From: an uncultured Cellvibrionaceae bacterium
GTDB taxonomy: Bacteria > Pseudomonadota > Gammaproteobacteria > Pseudomonadales > Cellvibrionaceae
Direction of reading: 5' to 3'
Assembly (NCBI GenBank): GCA_964480055.1
Contig: CAYZQH010000001.1
Location: 1-37,026, forward strand
DNA length: 37,026 nt
The notes below the pieces were generated by a model, which was not told where the DNA came from, did not search any database, and saw nothing but the letters and a program-made list of their open reading frames with translations. This document shows, one piece after another, positions 18,469-27,369 of this stretch; position 1 is the first letter of the stretch; each line of letters starts with the position of its first letter. The position numbers and the translations under genes were made by a program.

Positions 18469-20145
18469 CTAGAAATGTGATTCTACTTTCATAACCAATT
18501 GGTATTCATCTACGACATCACGTTCCATCATTGGAAATGCAATATCCAAATGCACAATATGATCTAACTTGGCTTTACTAGAGCTTAAACGCAAGCCAAA
18601 CCCCACATTCGCCAACCAAGCACTGCGACCATAGCGAGCCACGCCCCACGCGCGTCCCGCATCGAGAAACCCAACGGCACCAACACGCATTAAATTAAAT
18701 ATATGCCACGGTGTGACATAGCGGCGCTCATAGGTTGCCAAAATTCTTTTATCACCACGCTGGTAATCTAGCGGATACCCACGCAACCCACTTTCACCGC
18801 CGGCGGTTAATTCCTCATGCTGCAACAAATTATGCCCCTGGTAGTAACTTAACGCCGCAAAATAGCGGTGGTTTTCTCCCTTGAGTTGATAGTAAGAGAC
18901 CTCTGCACCCCACTTTGCCCAACCCAGCGTTTGATGGGAGGGCACGTTAGTAATCTCTGAATGTACTTTCAACTTAATAAGATGATTCTCGCCCACCCCT
19001 AATACATCACTGTAATTGCCCAGCATGCGAAAAACATCATAATCGTTCTCCAGAATACCCGAGCCATACCCCAACAAAATAGAACCGTCGGCCCCTAACG
19101 GAACATCTTCTACCCGATGCAATGAGTCTAAATTTTTGTATACCCCAAAGTGCGTTTCTAGGTACTGATATTTTAACCAAGGGTAAGAAAAACGGAAATT
19201 TTCTGGAACGCCATAAGTGGTTTGTTCATCTTCATAATAATCATCCACCTCGTGAGCGAGCCCTAAGCTCAAGCGATGGACTGCCTCCGAAGTATTGTGG
19301 ATGTTTCGCCCGACATACGCCGTATGGCGCATAAATGAGCGCTTATACCGGCTAACCACCGTATCGGCAAAGCGAATTTTTTCTACTTGTGTGGCATCTG
19401 TGCTGGATACCCCCATCGCCCAAACGCTATACAACGAAAAAAATGGCTGCTCTAACTGAAATGTGCTTTCTTGACCGTCGCTGTTTTCTGCAAACCCAAC
19501 GCGAAAACGCATCCGTGTACCCCATAGGTGTGGGCTAGCAATATTATATTGAGCCCGGGTGCGAGCTTGAGATTTATCAATGCGAAACCAAACCGCGGCC
19601 CCGCGGCCCATGACATTCCCTTCTTTAAAACCAAACCCGCTTTTGGTGTCCCCCCCTTCGCGACTGTAATTTACCAAGGGCTCTAGGGTCCAGGCATCTC
19701 TAATCACCACAACCAGAGCGATGTTATCCCCACACACCTGCCCCACTTTCACTGCCGCATGAGATAAATATGGCAACGCCCTTAATAGACGCTCGGTTTC
19801 TGCTACCGTGTCTACATTGAGCACATCACCCTTTTTAAACAGCAGTAATTTCTCGATGACAGAGGCACGTGTATTAATATGTAACTTGTTTAAGAACCTG
19901 AAAAGGCCGTTATTTTCATCGGGGTTTTCGGGGTCAAAAACTGGGACAACTTTATAACGAATTGCGGCAATGGTTTTACCCTGATGCTGCGGGTAGTCTG
20001 AGGTCAGTACCGGCTCAGCTGACACATGCTTGTCCCAGTCTGGGCGGCACATACCATGAGCGTTAACGGCACTAAAAAGTATCGCCAAAACCCACAAACA
20101 CCATGCGCACCCCTTGAATCCTAGGGGCTTTTTCAGATAATGCAT
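18469..20145 (-). CDS. Omp85/BamA-TamA-family outer-membrane protein with a single POTRA domain
   Basis: The ATG at 20145 gives signal peptide MHYLKKPLGFKGCAWCLWVLAILFSAVNAHG. POTRA-like segment IAAIRYKVVPVFD...GDVLNVDTVAETERLLRALPYL. The beta-barrel has alternating hydrophobic strands and a terminal aromatic residue (..KVESHF). The 125 upstream codons of the long ORF overlap the AbgT gene and were rejected. Confidence 0.78.
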   Translation of the reverse strand: MHYLKKPLGFKGCAWCLWVLAILFSAVNAHGMCRPDWDKHVSAEPVLTSDYPQHQGKTIAAIRYKVVPVFDPENPDENNGLFRFLNKLHINTRASVIEKLLLFKKGDVLNVDTVAETERLLRALPYLSHAAVKVGQVCGDNIALVVVIRDAWTLEPLVNYSREGGDTKSGFGFKEGNVMGRGAAVWFRIDKSQARTRAQYNIASPHLWGTRMRFRVGFAENSDGQESTFQLEQPFFSLYSVWAMGVSSTDATQVEKIRFADTVVSRYKRSFMRHTAYVGRNIHNTSEAVHRLSLGLAHEVDDYYEDEQTTYGVPENFRFSYPWLKYQYLETHFGVYKNLDSLHRVEDVPLGADGSILLGYGSGILENDYDVFRMLGNYSDVLGVGENHLIKLKVHSEITNVPSHQTLGWAKWGAEVSYYQLKGENHRYFAALSYYQGHNLLQHEELTAGGESGLRGYPLDYQRGDKRILATYERRYVTPWHIFNLMRVGAVGFLDAGRAWGVARYGRSAWLANVGFGLRLSSSKAKLDHIVHLDIAFPMMERDVVDEYQLVMKVESHF

Positions 20146-20182
20146 GGCTCTACAACCACTTAACACATTGGGGCTCCAGTTT

Positions 20183-21694
20183 ATGAATGGCCATTCGTTC
20201 TTGCGCACAATTGAGCTGGCAGGCAACCGCCTGCCCAACCCCACGTTTCTATTTGTGATCCTATGTGCCTTTGTACTTGTAGGCTCAGCGCTTGCCGCAC
20301 TCGGTGGTGTCCATGCGCTCCACCCTATTACCGGCGATACAGTGTCTGCCGTCAACCTGCTAAGTGCTAAGGGCGTACATTTAATTTTAGGCAATACGGT
20401 CAAAAATTTTGTAACTTTTGCCCCGGTTGGCACCGTTTTAGTGGCCGTCTTAGGCATAGCCGTTGCCGAGCACTCTGGGCTCTTAGGCTGCTTGCTTAGC
20501 GCATGTGTTAAAAACGCCAAAGGCTACACCTTGAGCTTTCTGGTGGTGCTAAGCGGTGTGCTATCTAGCTTAGCAACCGACACTGGGTACGTGGTGCTGA
20601 TTCCACTGGCGGCACTCGCATTCAAGCAGGCCAATAGAAACCCCATTGTGGGCATTGCCGCTGCCTTTGCGGGGGTGTCTGGCGGTTATAGTGCCAACCT
20701 CATATTTGGCCCCCTCGATTTTTTACTCGCGGGGATATCTACTGAAGCCGCTCAGTTGGTCAACCCCGATTACGAAGTGAACGCCGCAGGGAATTACTTC
20801 TTTATCATTGCCTCTACCTTCCTCATTGCAGCGCTGGGCACCTGGGTTACGGAGCGTATTGTTGCCAAACAACTGCCTAACCCTAAACATAACCAACCGG
20901 CTCAAACCACAGAGCCACCGGCACTCACCGGCGCGCAAAAACGCGGCTTATGGGCGGTAGGCTGGTTTACGCTAGGGTTTGCGGCACTTCTGCTGGCGGG
21001 GTTGATTCCTGAACAGGGCATTTTACGCGACCCTGAAACTCATAGTGTTTTAAAGTCTCCATTTATTCAAGGTATTGTCACCATTATTGCGCTCTATGCT
21101 TCGCTCTGTGGGGTTATATACGGCCGATTAAGCGGCAAATATCATAAGGTGAGCGACTGCATTGAAGGTATGGAGCAACATATGGCACTGATGGCCAGCT
21201 ACCTAGTGTTGATGTTTTTTGCCGCGCAGTTTGTGAATTATTTTGCGTGGAGCCAACTTGGAAGCATCATTGCCATCAGTGGTGCCGCAGGTCTGAAAGC
21301 GCTGGCACTGCCGCCAGTACTGCTACTGATTGGCTTTATACTCCTTGCCGCATTTATCAATTTATTCATAGGCAGCGCCTCCGCTAAATGGGCATTAATA
21401 GCGCCTATTTTTGTACCCATGCTCCTACTGACAGGAATTTCTCCAGAGGCCACGCAAATGGCTTACCGCATTGGTGATAGCAGTACCAATATCATCACAC
21501 CCCTAATGCCCTATTTTGGGGTGGTTGTGGCCTATGCACAGCGGTATGAAAAAGACTTGGGGATGGGGACGCTCATTGCCACAATGCTGCCTTATTCGAT
21601 AACATTTTTGATTGGTTGGGGCATACTTCTGGCCATTTGGATTACGTTAAAAATCCCACTGGGGCCAGGTGTTCACGCATTGCTCGGCGGCTAA
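20183..21694 (+). CDS. AbgT-family transporter (p-aminobenzoyl-glutamate / antimetabolite efflux family)
   Basis: FLRTIELAGNRLPNPTFLFVIL matches the AbgT/MtrF N-terminal motif, and the protein is polytopic. I chose the ATG at 20183. The alternative ATG at 20144 overlaps the divergent Omp85 start codon. Confidence 0.85.
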   Translation: MNGHSFLRTIELAGNRLPNPTFLFVILCAFVLVGSALAALGGVHALHPITGDTVSAVNLLSAKGVHLILGNTVKNFVTFAPVGTVLVAVLGIAVAEHSGLLGCLLSACVKNAKGYTLSFLVVLSGVLSSLATDTGYVVLIPLAALAFKQANRNPIVGIAAAFAGVSGGYSANLIFGPLDFLLAGISTEAAQLVNPDYEVNAAGNYFFIIASTFLIAALGTWVTERIVAKQLPNPKHNQPAQTTEPPALTGAQKRGLWAVGWFTLGFAALLLAGLIPEQGILRDPETHSVLKSPFIQGIVTIIALYASLCGVIYGRLSGKYHKVSDCIEGMEQHMALMASYLVLMFFAAQFVNYFAWSQLGSIIAISGAAGLKALALPPVLLLIGFILLAAFINLFIGSASAKWALIAPIFVPMLLLTGISPEATQMAYRIGDSSTNIITPLMPYFGVVVAYAQRYEKDLGMGTLIATMLPYSITFLIGWGILLAIWITLKIPLGPGVHALLGG

Positions 21695-23061
21695 AACACC
21701 AGGGCGTCAGACGCTGGTAACGAGCCAGGCCCATGCAGGAACTTGGGCACGGCGCTTTCCGGCACCCTAATGGACTCACACCACCCCTGGCTAGGGGTTA
21801 GCTCTATTGGCTCGGCCCAGGAGGCAAAAAACGCAGGCCACTGGTTACCGGGCAACAACCTATCCACAACCAGTTGCATTCTTGGCTTAATATCCACCCG
21901 AGCCCCCCGATTGCGCATCCCCCACGCCAACAAAAACTGGTTGCACTCCGGGGCCCGGGCGGCAGTACCTTTTGGTACAGCAACATAGCCCACATCCCGG
22001 TCTACGCCAAAGTGATATCGCATCATGGCCTCTTCAAATAGCATGGCCACATCTTCAAATTTACTGGCAAAGGCGTAGTCGTCATTGGCTGCGTGTAGGT
22101 CAAACCCTTCAGCAAAGCTATCTGCTGTAGCCTCAAGCTCCGTTTCAGAATAGTTGCCTGCACGCAAATACGTTACCTGGGCAAAATGTGTTAATTCAGG
22201 GGCGTAAAGTGGCGATTGAGCCTGTAAAAAGTCAGATGCCCGGTGACCCACCATTTGCCCTGCTGCCTCATACACGCTGAGCGACGATGATAAACTCTCA
22301 ATTGCATTGGGTGGGAAGAAGTCATTGGCATGAGCCAGCTCATGAAATAGCAGAGACGCCAAGGGTACGATTATATCCTCTGTGGCACGTTCAGAGTCGT
22401 CGAGTGACGAGTATACGCGGTAGGCAGGCTCATTATTTTTTACATAGCGCGACCAGCTGCGAAATTGCAAAGGTAACTGCGCCGCACTTAACGTCTCGGC
22501 AGATGCAGACGCCCTAAAAATGGCTTTTTCTTCTACGTTATGCCAAAGCAGCTCTGGGTCCAGGTAGATAGCGCCCGTTACGGTGCTAAATTGAGAGGGG
22601 CGAATGTCATCGGCGATGACAATTGCGGTGACAGACCGAAACAACAACAGCAAATCCGCAGGCATCTTGCGCAACGCCTGCTCAAAGCGCAGCCCCATCC
22701 ACTGGTGGCTGACCACCACGCGCGACATGATCAAATCCACACTGGGAGAGGTGGCCTCAAAGCCAATAAACGGCAGAGTACTTAATACGCACGAATACTG
22801 TGGTGCGGTTACGATGACACAATCTGCCAACACTTTGCTGTATGCACCATCGGGTACAAAAGCCTCAGCACCAATCAAGCCCACAAACTCCGCGGGATTA
22901 CTGTGCCCCCCAGGTAGCGACTCGCTCTTTGCCGATGAGGCACTAAGCAGTGACGCTTGAGAAACCTGGGGCTCGGTTCTAGCTGGTGCAGGCTTGCGGC
23001 CATTACACGCAGCCAACACAACAAAAAAAAGACTACACAGTATTATTCGGTGACGCACCAT
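21691..23061 (-). CDS. Uncharacterised lipoprotein with an HExxH zinc-metallopeptidase motif
   Basis: Lipobox VVLAAC. Single HELAH motif (LLFHELAHANDFF). A downstream acidic helix FEDVAMLFEEAMM is a possible third-ligand region. I recognise no family. Confidence 0.65.
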   Translation of the reverse strand: MVRHRIILCSLFFVVLAACNGRKPAPARTEPQVSQASLLSASSAKSESLPGGHSNPAEFVGLIGAEAFVPDGAYSKVLADCVIVTAPQYSCVLSTLPFIGFEATSPSVDLIMSRVVVSHQWMGLRFEQALRKMPADLLLLFRSVTAIVIADDIRPSQFSTVTGAIYLDPELLWHNVEEKAIFRASASAETLSAAQLPLQFRSWSRYVKNNEPAYRVYSSLDDSERATEDIIVPLASLLFHELAHANDFFPPNAIESLSSSLSVYEAAGQMVGHRASDFLQAQSPLYAPELTHFAQVTYLRAGNYSETELEATADSFAEGFDLHAANDDYAFASKFEDVAMLFEEAMMRYHFGVDRDVGYVAVPKGTAARAPECNQFLLAWGMRNRGARVDIKPRMQLVVDRLLPGNQWPAFFASWAEPIELTPSQGWCESIRVPESAVPKFLHGPGSLPASDALVF

Positions 23062-23723
23062 GTCTTACTCTCATTCCCAACGGTAATTCTAATTTAAGCC
23101 CGCCATTTCGCGGGAATTAAAAATCAGTTTTATTCCAGATACAATATCCATCTTAAGGGGGAACCCCGGGGTTGAAGTACCAACACTAAGCAGTGGCCAG
23201 CCACTGAAAATACACTCAACAGACTCTGGACTGGCTTTAGAGTACCGATCTGCCAAAAAATTCACAACGGCAAGGCTTCCCCCCAATGTGTAGGAAATCA
23301 TCCAAAAGCTTTAATGCCGGATTAATCAAGCCCAATACACCCTCTGCTCGTCGGTTTTTTTTACAAAAAAAACACATTCGTATTATTTAATATTTCGGTT
23401 TAACGCCAATCGACCGGTGACATTTTTTTAAACACATGAATCGCCTACAATACAACCACTCTGGGGGTTTTGCTGTTCTCCGCTATCCAAAATGACCTGC
23501 TTTATTTGAACTTATCAATAAAGCTGCAATACTCAATGTAACTTTTTGGTTCTGTTAACAGCTCAATGGTACTTCAAGCACAACATTTACTGTTCATTCG
23601 TTCTATATTTGATACATACACTGGTGCCGCCTGCTGGGCGCACGGTACGTGCTTAGTACGCATTCTTGTTGACTGCCTCTATTTCATAAAACAAGCAAAA
23701 AAAATTACATCTCACGTTATTTA

Positions 23724-24290
23724 ATGAGTCAATATCTGGTGGATTCGAACATTTCAAATAAAGAAGAATATACGGTAATGGCAATAAAGAAGGTGATTCG
23801 CCTTATGGCCGCCAAGGGCATTGCCACGCAAGTCGATTTAGTTGGCGTGAACGAACGGGACATTCAAAGCCTAGAAGCCCATTTTAACGTTGCACTACCA
23901 GAAACCTATCGCCAATATTTAAGGCAGTTTGGTCGCTCTGCGGGGTTTTTATTACCTTGGCTTGCTATTTATTACGACGATTTAAAAGAAATTAGAGAAA
24001 TGTACGATCTGTGCATAGAGCAAGGCATTGCCTTTCGCCTACCAGCTAAGGCATTTATTGTAGGCAGCTTTGATTCAACTTTTGACTTTTTTGTTTGTAA
24101 TGACTCACATGACCCGGCTGTGTATCGAGTGGATTTTAGACAAAAATCCCCTAAAGCAGAAAAGTACGCGCCTAGCTTCGCAAAATACTTAGAGCTATTG
24201 GTCAAGAACTCTGAAAGTGACAGTATTCCCAGTGATTTTTTGGCAGACAGAGAAGATGAATCCTTTGATGATGTGATCAGCTATCAATAA
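23724..24290 (+). CDS. SMI1/KNR4 (SUKH-1) family protein, immunity-protein-like
   Basis: IQSLEAHFNVALPETYRQYLRQFGRSAG is the characteristic SUKH N-terminal motif. Later comes FIVGSFDSTFDFFVCNDSHDPAVYRVDF. An alternative start exists at 23778. The flanks are AT-rich. Confidence 0.7.
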   Translation: MSQYLVDSNISNKEEYTVMAIKKVIRLMAAKGIATQVDLVGVNERDIQSLEAHFNVALPETYRQYLRQFGRSAGFLLPWLAIYYDDLKEIREMYDLCIEQGIAFRLPAKAFIVGSFDSTFDFFVCNDSHDPAVYRVDFRQKSPKAEKYAPSFAKYLELLVKNSESDSIPSDFLADREDESFDDVISYQ

Positions 24291-24323
24291 ACCAGTGGCA
24301 TTGATACTGCCCCCCTATTATTA

Positions 24324-24343
24324 AGCGGGTGATCTAACCCGCT
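24324..24343. terminator. Small hairpin between convergent SUKH and acyl-CoA dehydrogenase genes
   Basis: AGCGGG-TGATCTAA-CCCGCT, a 6 bp stem. No clear U tract on either strand. Confidence 0.3.
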
Positions 24344-24352
24344 ACCCGCACT

Positions 24353-26131
24353 TTACAACTCTTCAGCTTCAAAAGCCGACAAAGCTGTTGCCCCCGAAGT
24401 AATTTTACGTGTTAACCAATCATTTTTGGACAACAAATGTTGAAAATAAAAGTGTGCTGTTTTTATTTTACTGCGAGTAAATTCTGAATCGGCTTGTGAC
24501 TTTGCTGCACACGCCATACGCACCCACATATAAGCATAAGCCACACCACCGAGTAAATGTAAGTAATCTACCGCTACGGCACCTGGCAAATTAGCGTCAT
24601 CTGGCGCACTTTTAAGGATATACGCAGTTGCCTGCTCTAGTTGCGTCACCGCCTGCGTCAAAGGCTCTAACAAAGCCAAGCCCTCAATGACTGCGCGATG
24701 GGCTTGGCAATAGGTGTCTATTTCCGCCACAAAGACCTTCAGCATGGCGCCGTCGCAAGCAACGGTTTTACGCCCAACTAAATCCATGGCTTGAACGCCA
24801 TTGGTGCCCTCATAAATTTGAGTGATGCGAATATCCCGCACCAATTGCTCTTGCCCCCATTCGCGAATATAACCGTGGCCACCGAGCACCTGTTGTCCAT
24901 GCACCGCCACCTCAAAGGCCACATCGGTAATATAGGCCTTGGCAACGGGCGTAAGCAACGCCACTAGTTGACGGGCCTGCAACACAAGCGCTTCGTCTTC
25001 ACCGTACTTTGCCGCATCCAGCCATTTGGCCACATAGAGGTAAAAAGCACGGCTGCCTTCGTTGAGTGCTTTCATGGTTAATAACATGCGGCGTACATCC
25101 GGGTGAACAACAATCGGGTCCGCCGGTTGATTTGGGTTTTGCGTACCCAGAGGGGCCCGCCCTTGTAAGCGCTCTAGCGCGTACTGCCTAGCCGTTTGAT
25201 ACGAAGCCTCTGAGGCACCGATGGCCTGAATCCCCACCACCAAACGCTCGTAGTTCATCATGGTAAACATTGCCGCCAAACCTTGATTGGGCTCACCTAC
25301 TAGCCAACCTGCGGCGCCATCAAAGTTCATTACGCAGGTGGCTGATGCTTTTATGCCCATTTTCTTTTCTAATGCACCACAACTTAACGCGTTACGTTTA
25401 CCCGGTACGCCTTGCTCGTCTGGTATAAACTTGGGCACCAAAAATAAGGAGATACCCCTGGAGCCGGCCGGCGCACCTGGTAACTTTGCCAAAACCAGGT
25501 GCACAATATTTTCTGCCATATCGTGCTCACCCCAGGTAATAAAAATTTTCGTCCCCGTTATGGCGTAGCTTCCATCGTCTTTGGGTTGTGCTTTGGTGCG
25601 AATCAATCCCAAGTCTGTGCCTGCATGCGGCTCGGTTAAATCCATAGCGCCAGACCATTGACCAGAATACATCTTAGGTAAATACAGGCTTTTTAGTGCA
25701 TCACTTGCATGAGCATTAATAGCCAAGCACGCGCCAGCGGTAAGCATAGGCGCCAAACCAAATGACATGCACGCGCCTTGGATCATCTCCTCTACCGCAG
25801 AAGCCAGAGACTTGGGCATGCCCATGCCTTCATAATCTGGGTTGCCACTTAGCCCCACCCAACCACCCTCACACAAGGTTTGGTAAGCAGACTTAAATCC
25901 TTGCGGCGTGAATACCTCACCATCTCTCCACTGGCAGCCTTGCTCATCTGCCTCGCGGTTTAATGGGGCTATTTCTTGCTCACACAGTTTTGCGGCCTCT
26001 TCTAGCACCGCCCTAGCGGTGCCTTCGTCCACACCACTAAATGCCGGTAGACCTTGCCAAAACTCCGGCATGGATAGAGCGTGATACAGCGTGAAGTAAA
26101 TATCTTGTAAAGGGGCTTTATAGTCGGCCAT
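24353..26131 (-). CDS. Long-form acyl-CoA dehydrogenase (about 592 aa, with C-terminal extension domain)
   Basis: The ATG at 26131 (MADYKAPLQD) has an ACGGAG Shine-Dalgarno. ACAD motifs are present: MDLTEPHAGTDL, KIFITWGEHD and QVLGGHGYIREWGQEQLVRDIRITQIYEGTNGVQ. Confidence 0.88.
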   Translation of the reverse strand: MADYKAPLQDIYFTLYHALSMPEFWQGLPAFSGVDEGTARAVLEEAAKLCEQEIAPLNREADEQGCQWRDGEVFTPQGFKSAYQTLCEGGWVGLSGNPDYEGMGMPKSLASAVEEMIQGACMSFGLAPMLTAGACLAINAHASDALKSLYLPKMYSGQWSGAMDLTEPHAGTDLGLIRTKAQPKDDGSYAITGTKIFITWGEHDMAENIVHLVLAKLPGAPAGSRGISLFLVPKFIPDEQGVPGKRNALSCGALEKKMGIKASATCVMNFDGAAGWLVGEPNQGLAAMFTMMNYERLVVGIQAIGASEASYQTARQYALERLQGRAPLGTQNPNQPADPIVVHPDVRRMLLTMKALNEGSRAFYLYVAKWLDAAKYGEDEALVLQARQLVALLTPVAKAYITDVAFEVAVHGQQVLGGHGYIREWGQEQLVRDIRITQIYEGTNGVQAMDLVGRKTVACDGAMLKVFVAEIDTYCQAHRAVIEGLALLEPLTQAVTQLEQATAYILKSAPDDANLPGAVAVDYLHLLGGVAYAYMWVRMACAAKSQADSEFTRSKIKTAHFYFQHLLSKNDWLTRKITSGATALSAFEAEEL

Positions 26132-26415
26132 TAAGACGCTCCGTATAGGTGTATAGAGGCATGAGCCGCCAGTGCGCGAACACATGGTGCACATGCAACA
26201 ATTTTAGCTTGAGAATCGGGCAAATGCCTATCGACAGATAAATTAGAGCCAAACATAATAAATTGCGCGGTTTCGCCGCTGGGCGAAGGTGGCCACAATT
26301 TTAACGTCTACAGGTTTTTTAGGTGTGCACCACCCGAAAATACGAGTCTTAACGGGAGCGGGTTATCTAAGTGATTGGTAAAAGACGAAGTAAAAATGGC
26401 GCCATCAGATAAGGC

Positions 26416-27294
26416 TCAAGCAAACTGACTGACCTGACCGCCAGAGGCAATTTGGTTGGCAGCGCTGGGCAGTTGATAGGCGCGAACTCTCGTATTTAGC
26501 GCTTGCGGGGAAGCAACTGAAATTGCCAATTCTTCCTCCGATGATGCGCCTGGAGTATCTTCTCGGCTGTCTGATACGCGACTTTCTCTTTGCAAGCTTG
26601 CGCGCTTTTCATCTTCTTCGTTGGCTTCGCGCTGTTGTATTTGGGCTATTTCTTGACGAGCCTGCGCCTCTAGGCGCGTTGCAGCTGCAGCTACTTGCCT
26701 ATCTGCAGGAGAGGGCTCGGCCGGAGCCAACGCCGCACGGCGAACAATTTGCGCCTTACGCAGAGTTAGCTCTGGCGTAGACTCTTCACCCGTACTAATC
26801 GGCACCTCTCCGCCAACCGCATAATTTACCCCGTTAGGGCCACGTTCGTATGTGTAGGAGGCTGCACCTGCGTACTGGCCACCAACGGCCATGTGGGCTT
26901 GCTCATGAGCTCGAACCTCTCGGTCTCTAGCAGCAAGCTCTTGAATCTCTTGTTTGTCCAACAACGCTTGTCGTTCTTGCGCAGCTTTTTTTGCTTGACC
27001 TTGCTTTTGAATTTGCGATTCATGACTACTGCCCTCAATGTCACTGCCGTTGGAATTCGCATTGGCGTCTATGCCACTCTCATTAGGAGCCTTTGACGCG
27101 AGGTTAGAAGGTTGTTCCGATACACCAGCACGCGCCTGGCGCGAGTGCAATTGAACACCATCGTCAGAGGTGATGCCCCCAACGGGGCGAATCACATCAT
27201 GTACTCGATCACTTGCCGCAGCCGCCTGATAACCAGCAGGTACTAACGGCACCGGGTGCAAGGTAAATTGTGGGGCAGAATGGGTAATATTCAT
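26416..27294 (-). CDS. SprA-related family protein (putative metalloprotease, CJM1_0395-type) with an HExxH motif
   Basis: The core ELAARDREVRAHEQAHMAVGGQYAGAASYTYERGPNGVNYAVGGEVPISTG...LRKAQIVRRAALAPAEPSPADRQVAA matches my recollection of the Pfam SprA-related family (PF12118). Both termini are low-complexity and there is no signal peptide. Confidence 0.78.
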   Translation of the reverse strand: MNITHSAPQFTLHPVPLVPAGYQAAAASDRVHDVIRPVGGITSDDGVQLHSRQARAGVSEQPSNLASKAPNESGIDANANSNGSDIEGSSHESQIQKQGQAKKAAQERQALLDKQEIQELAARDREVRAHEQAHMAVGGQYAGAASYTYERGPNGVNYAVGGEVPISTGEESTPELTLRKAQIVRRAALAPAEPSPADRQVAAAATRLEAQARQEIAQIQQREANEEDEKRASLQRESRVSDSREDTPGASSEEELAISVASPQALNTRVRAYQLPSAANQIASGGQVSQFA

Positions 27295-27369
27295 GAGTCG
27301 ACACTACAAAATGGACGCCCTGAATCTATTTGCCGCAAACCAAAACTACGCACACCTCTAGAGATGCGC

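Noticed and set aside
20146-20520. A 125-codon N-terminal extension of the Omp85 ORF.
   Set aside because: It overlaps the AbgT coding region on the opposite strand and would bury the signal peptide. The ATG at 20145 gives a proper signal sequence.
23089-23301. A 70 aa minus-strand ORF between the HExxH lipoprotein gene and the SUKH islet.
   Set aside because: It has no ribosome-binding site and no recognisable domain. A hairpin (CCCGC-GAAATG-GCGGG) sits inside its 3' end. It could be a gene remnant, but I cannot support it as a CDS.
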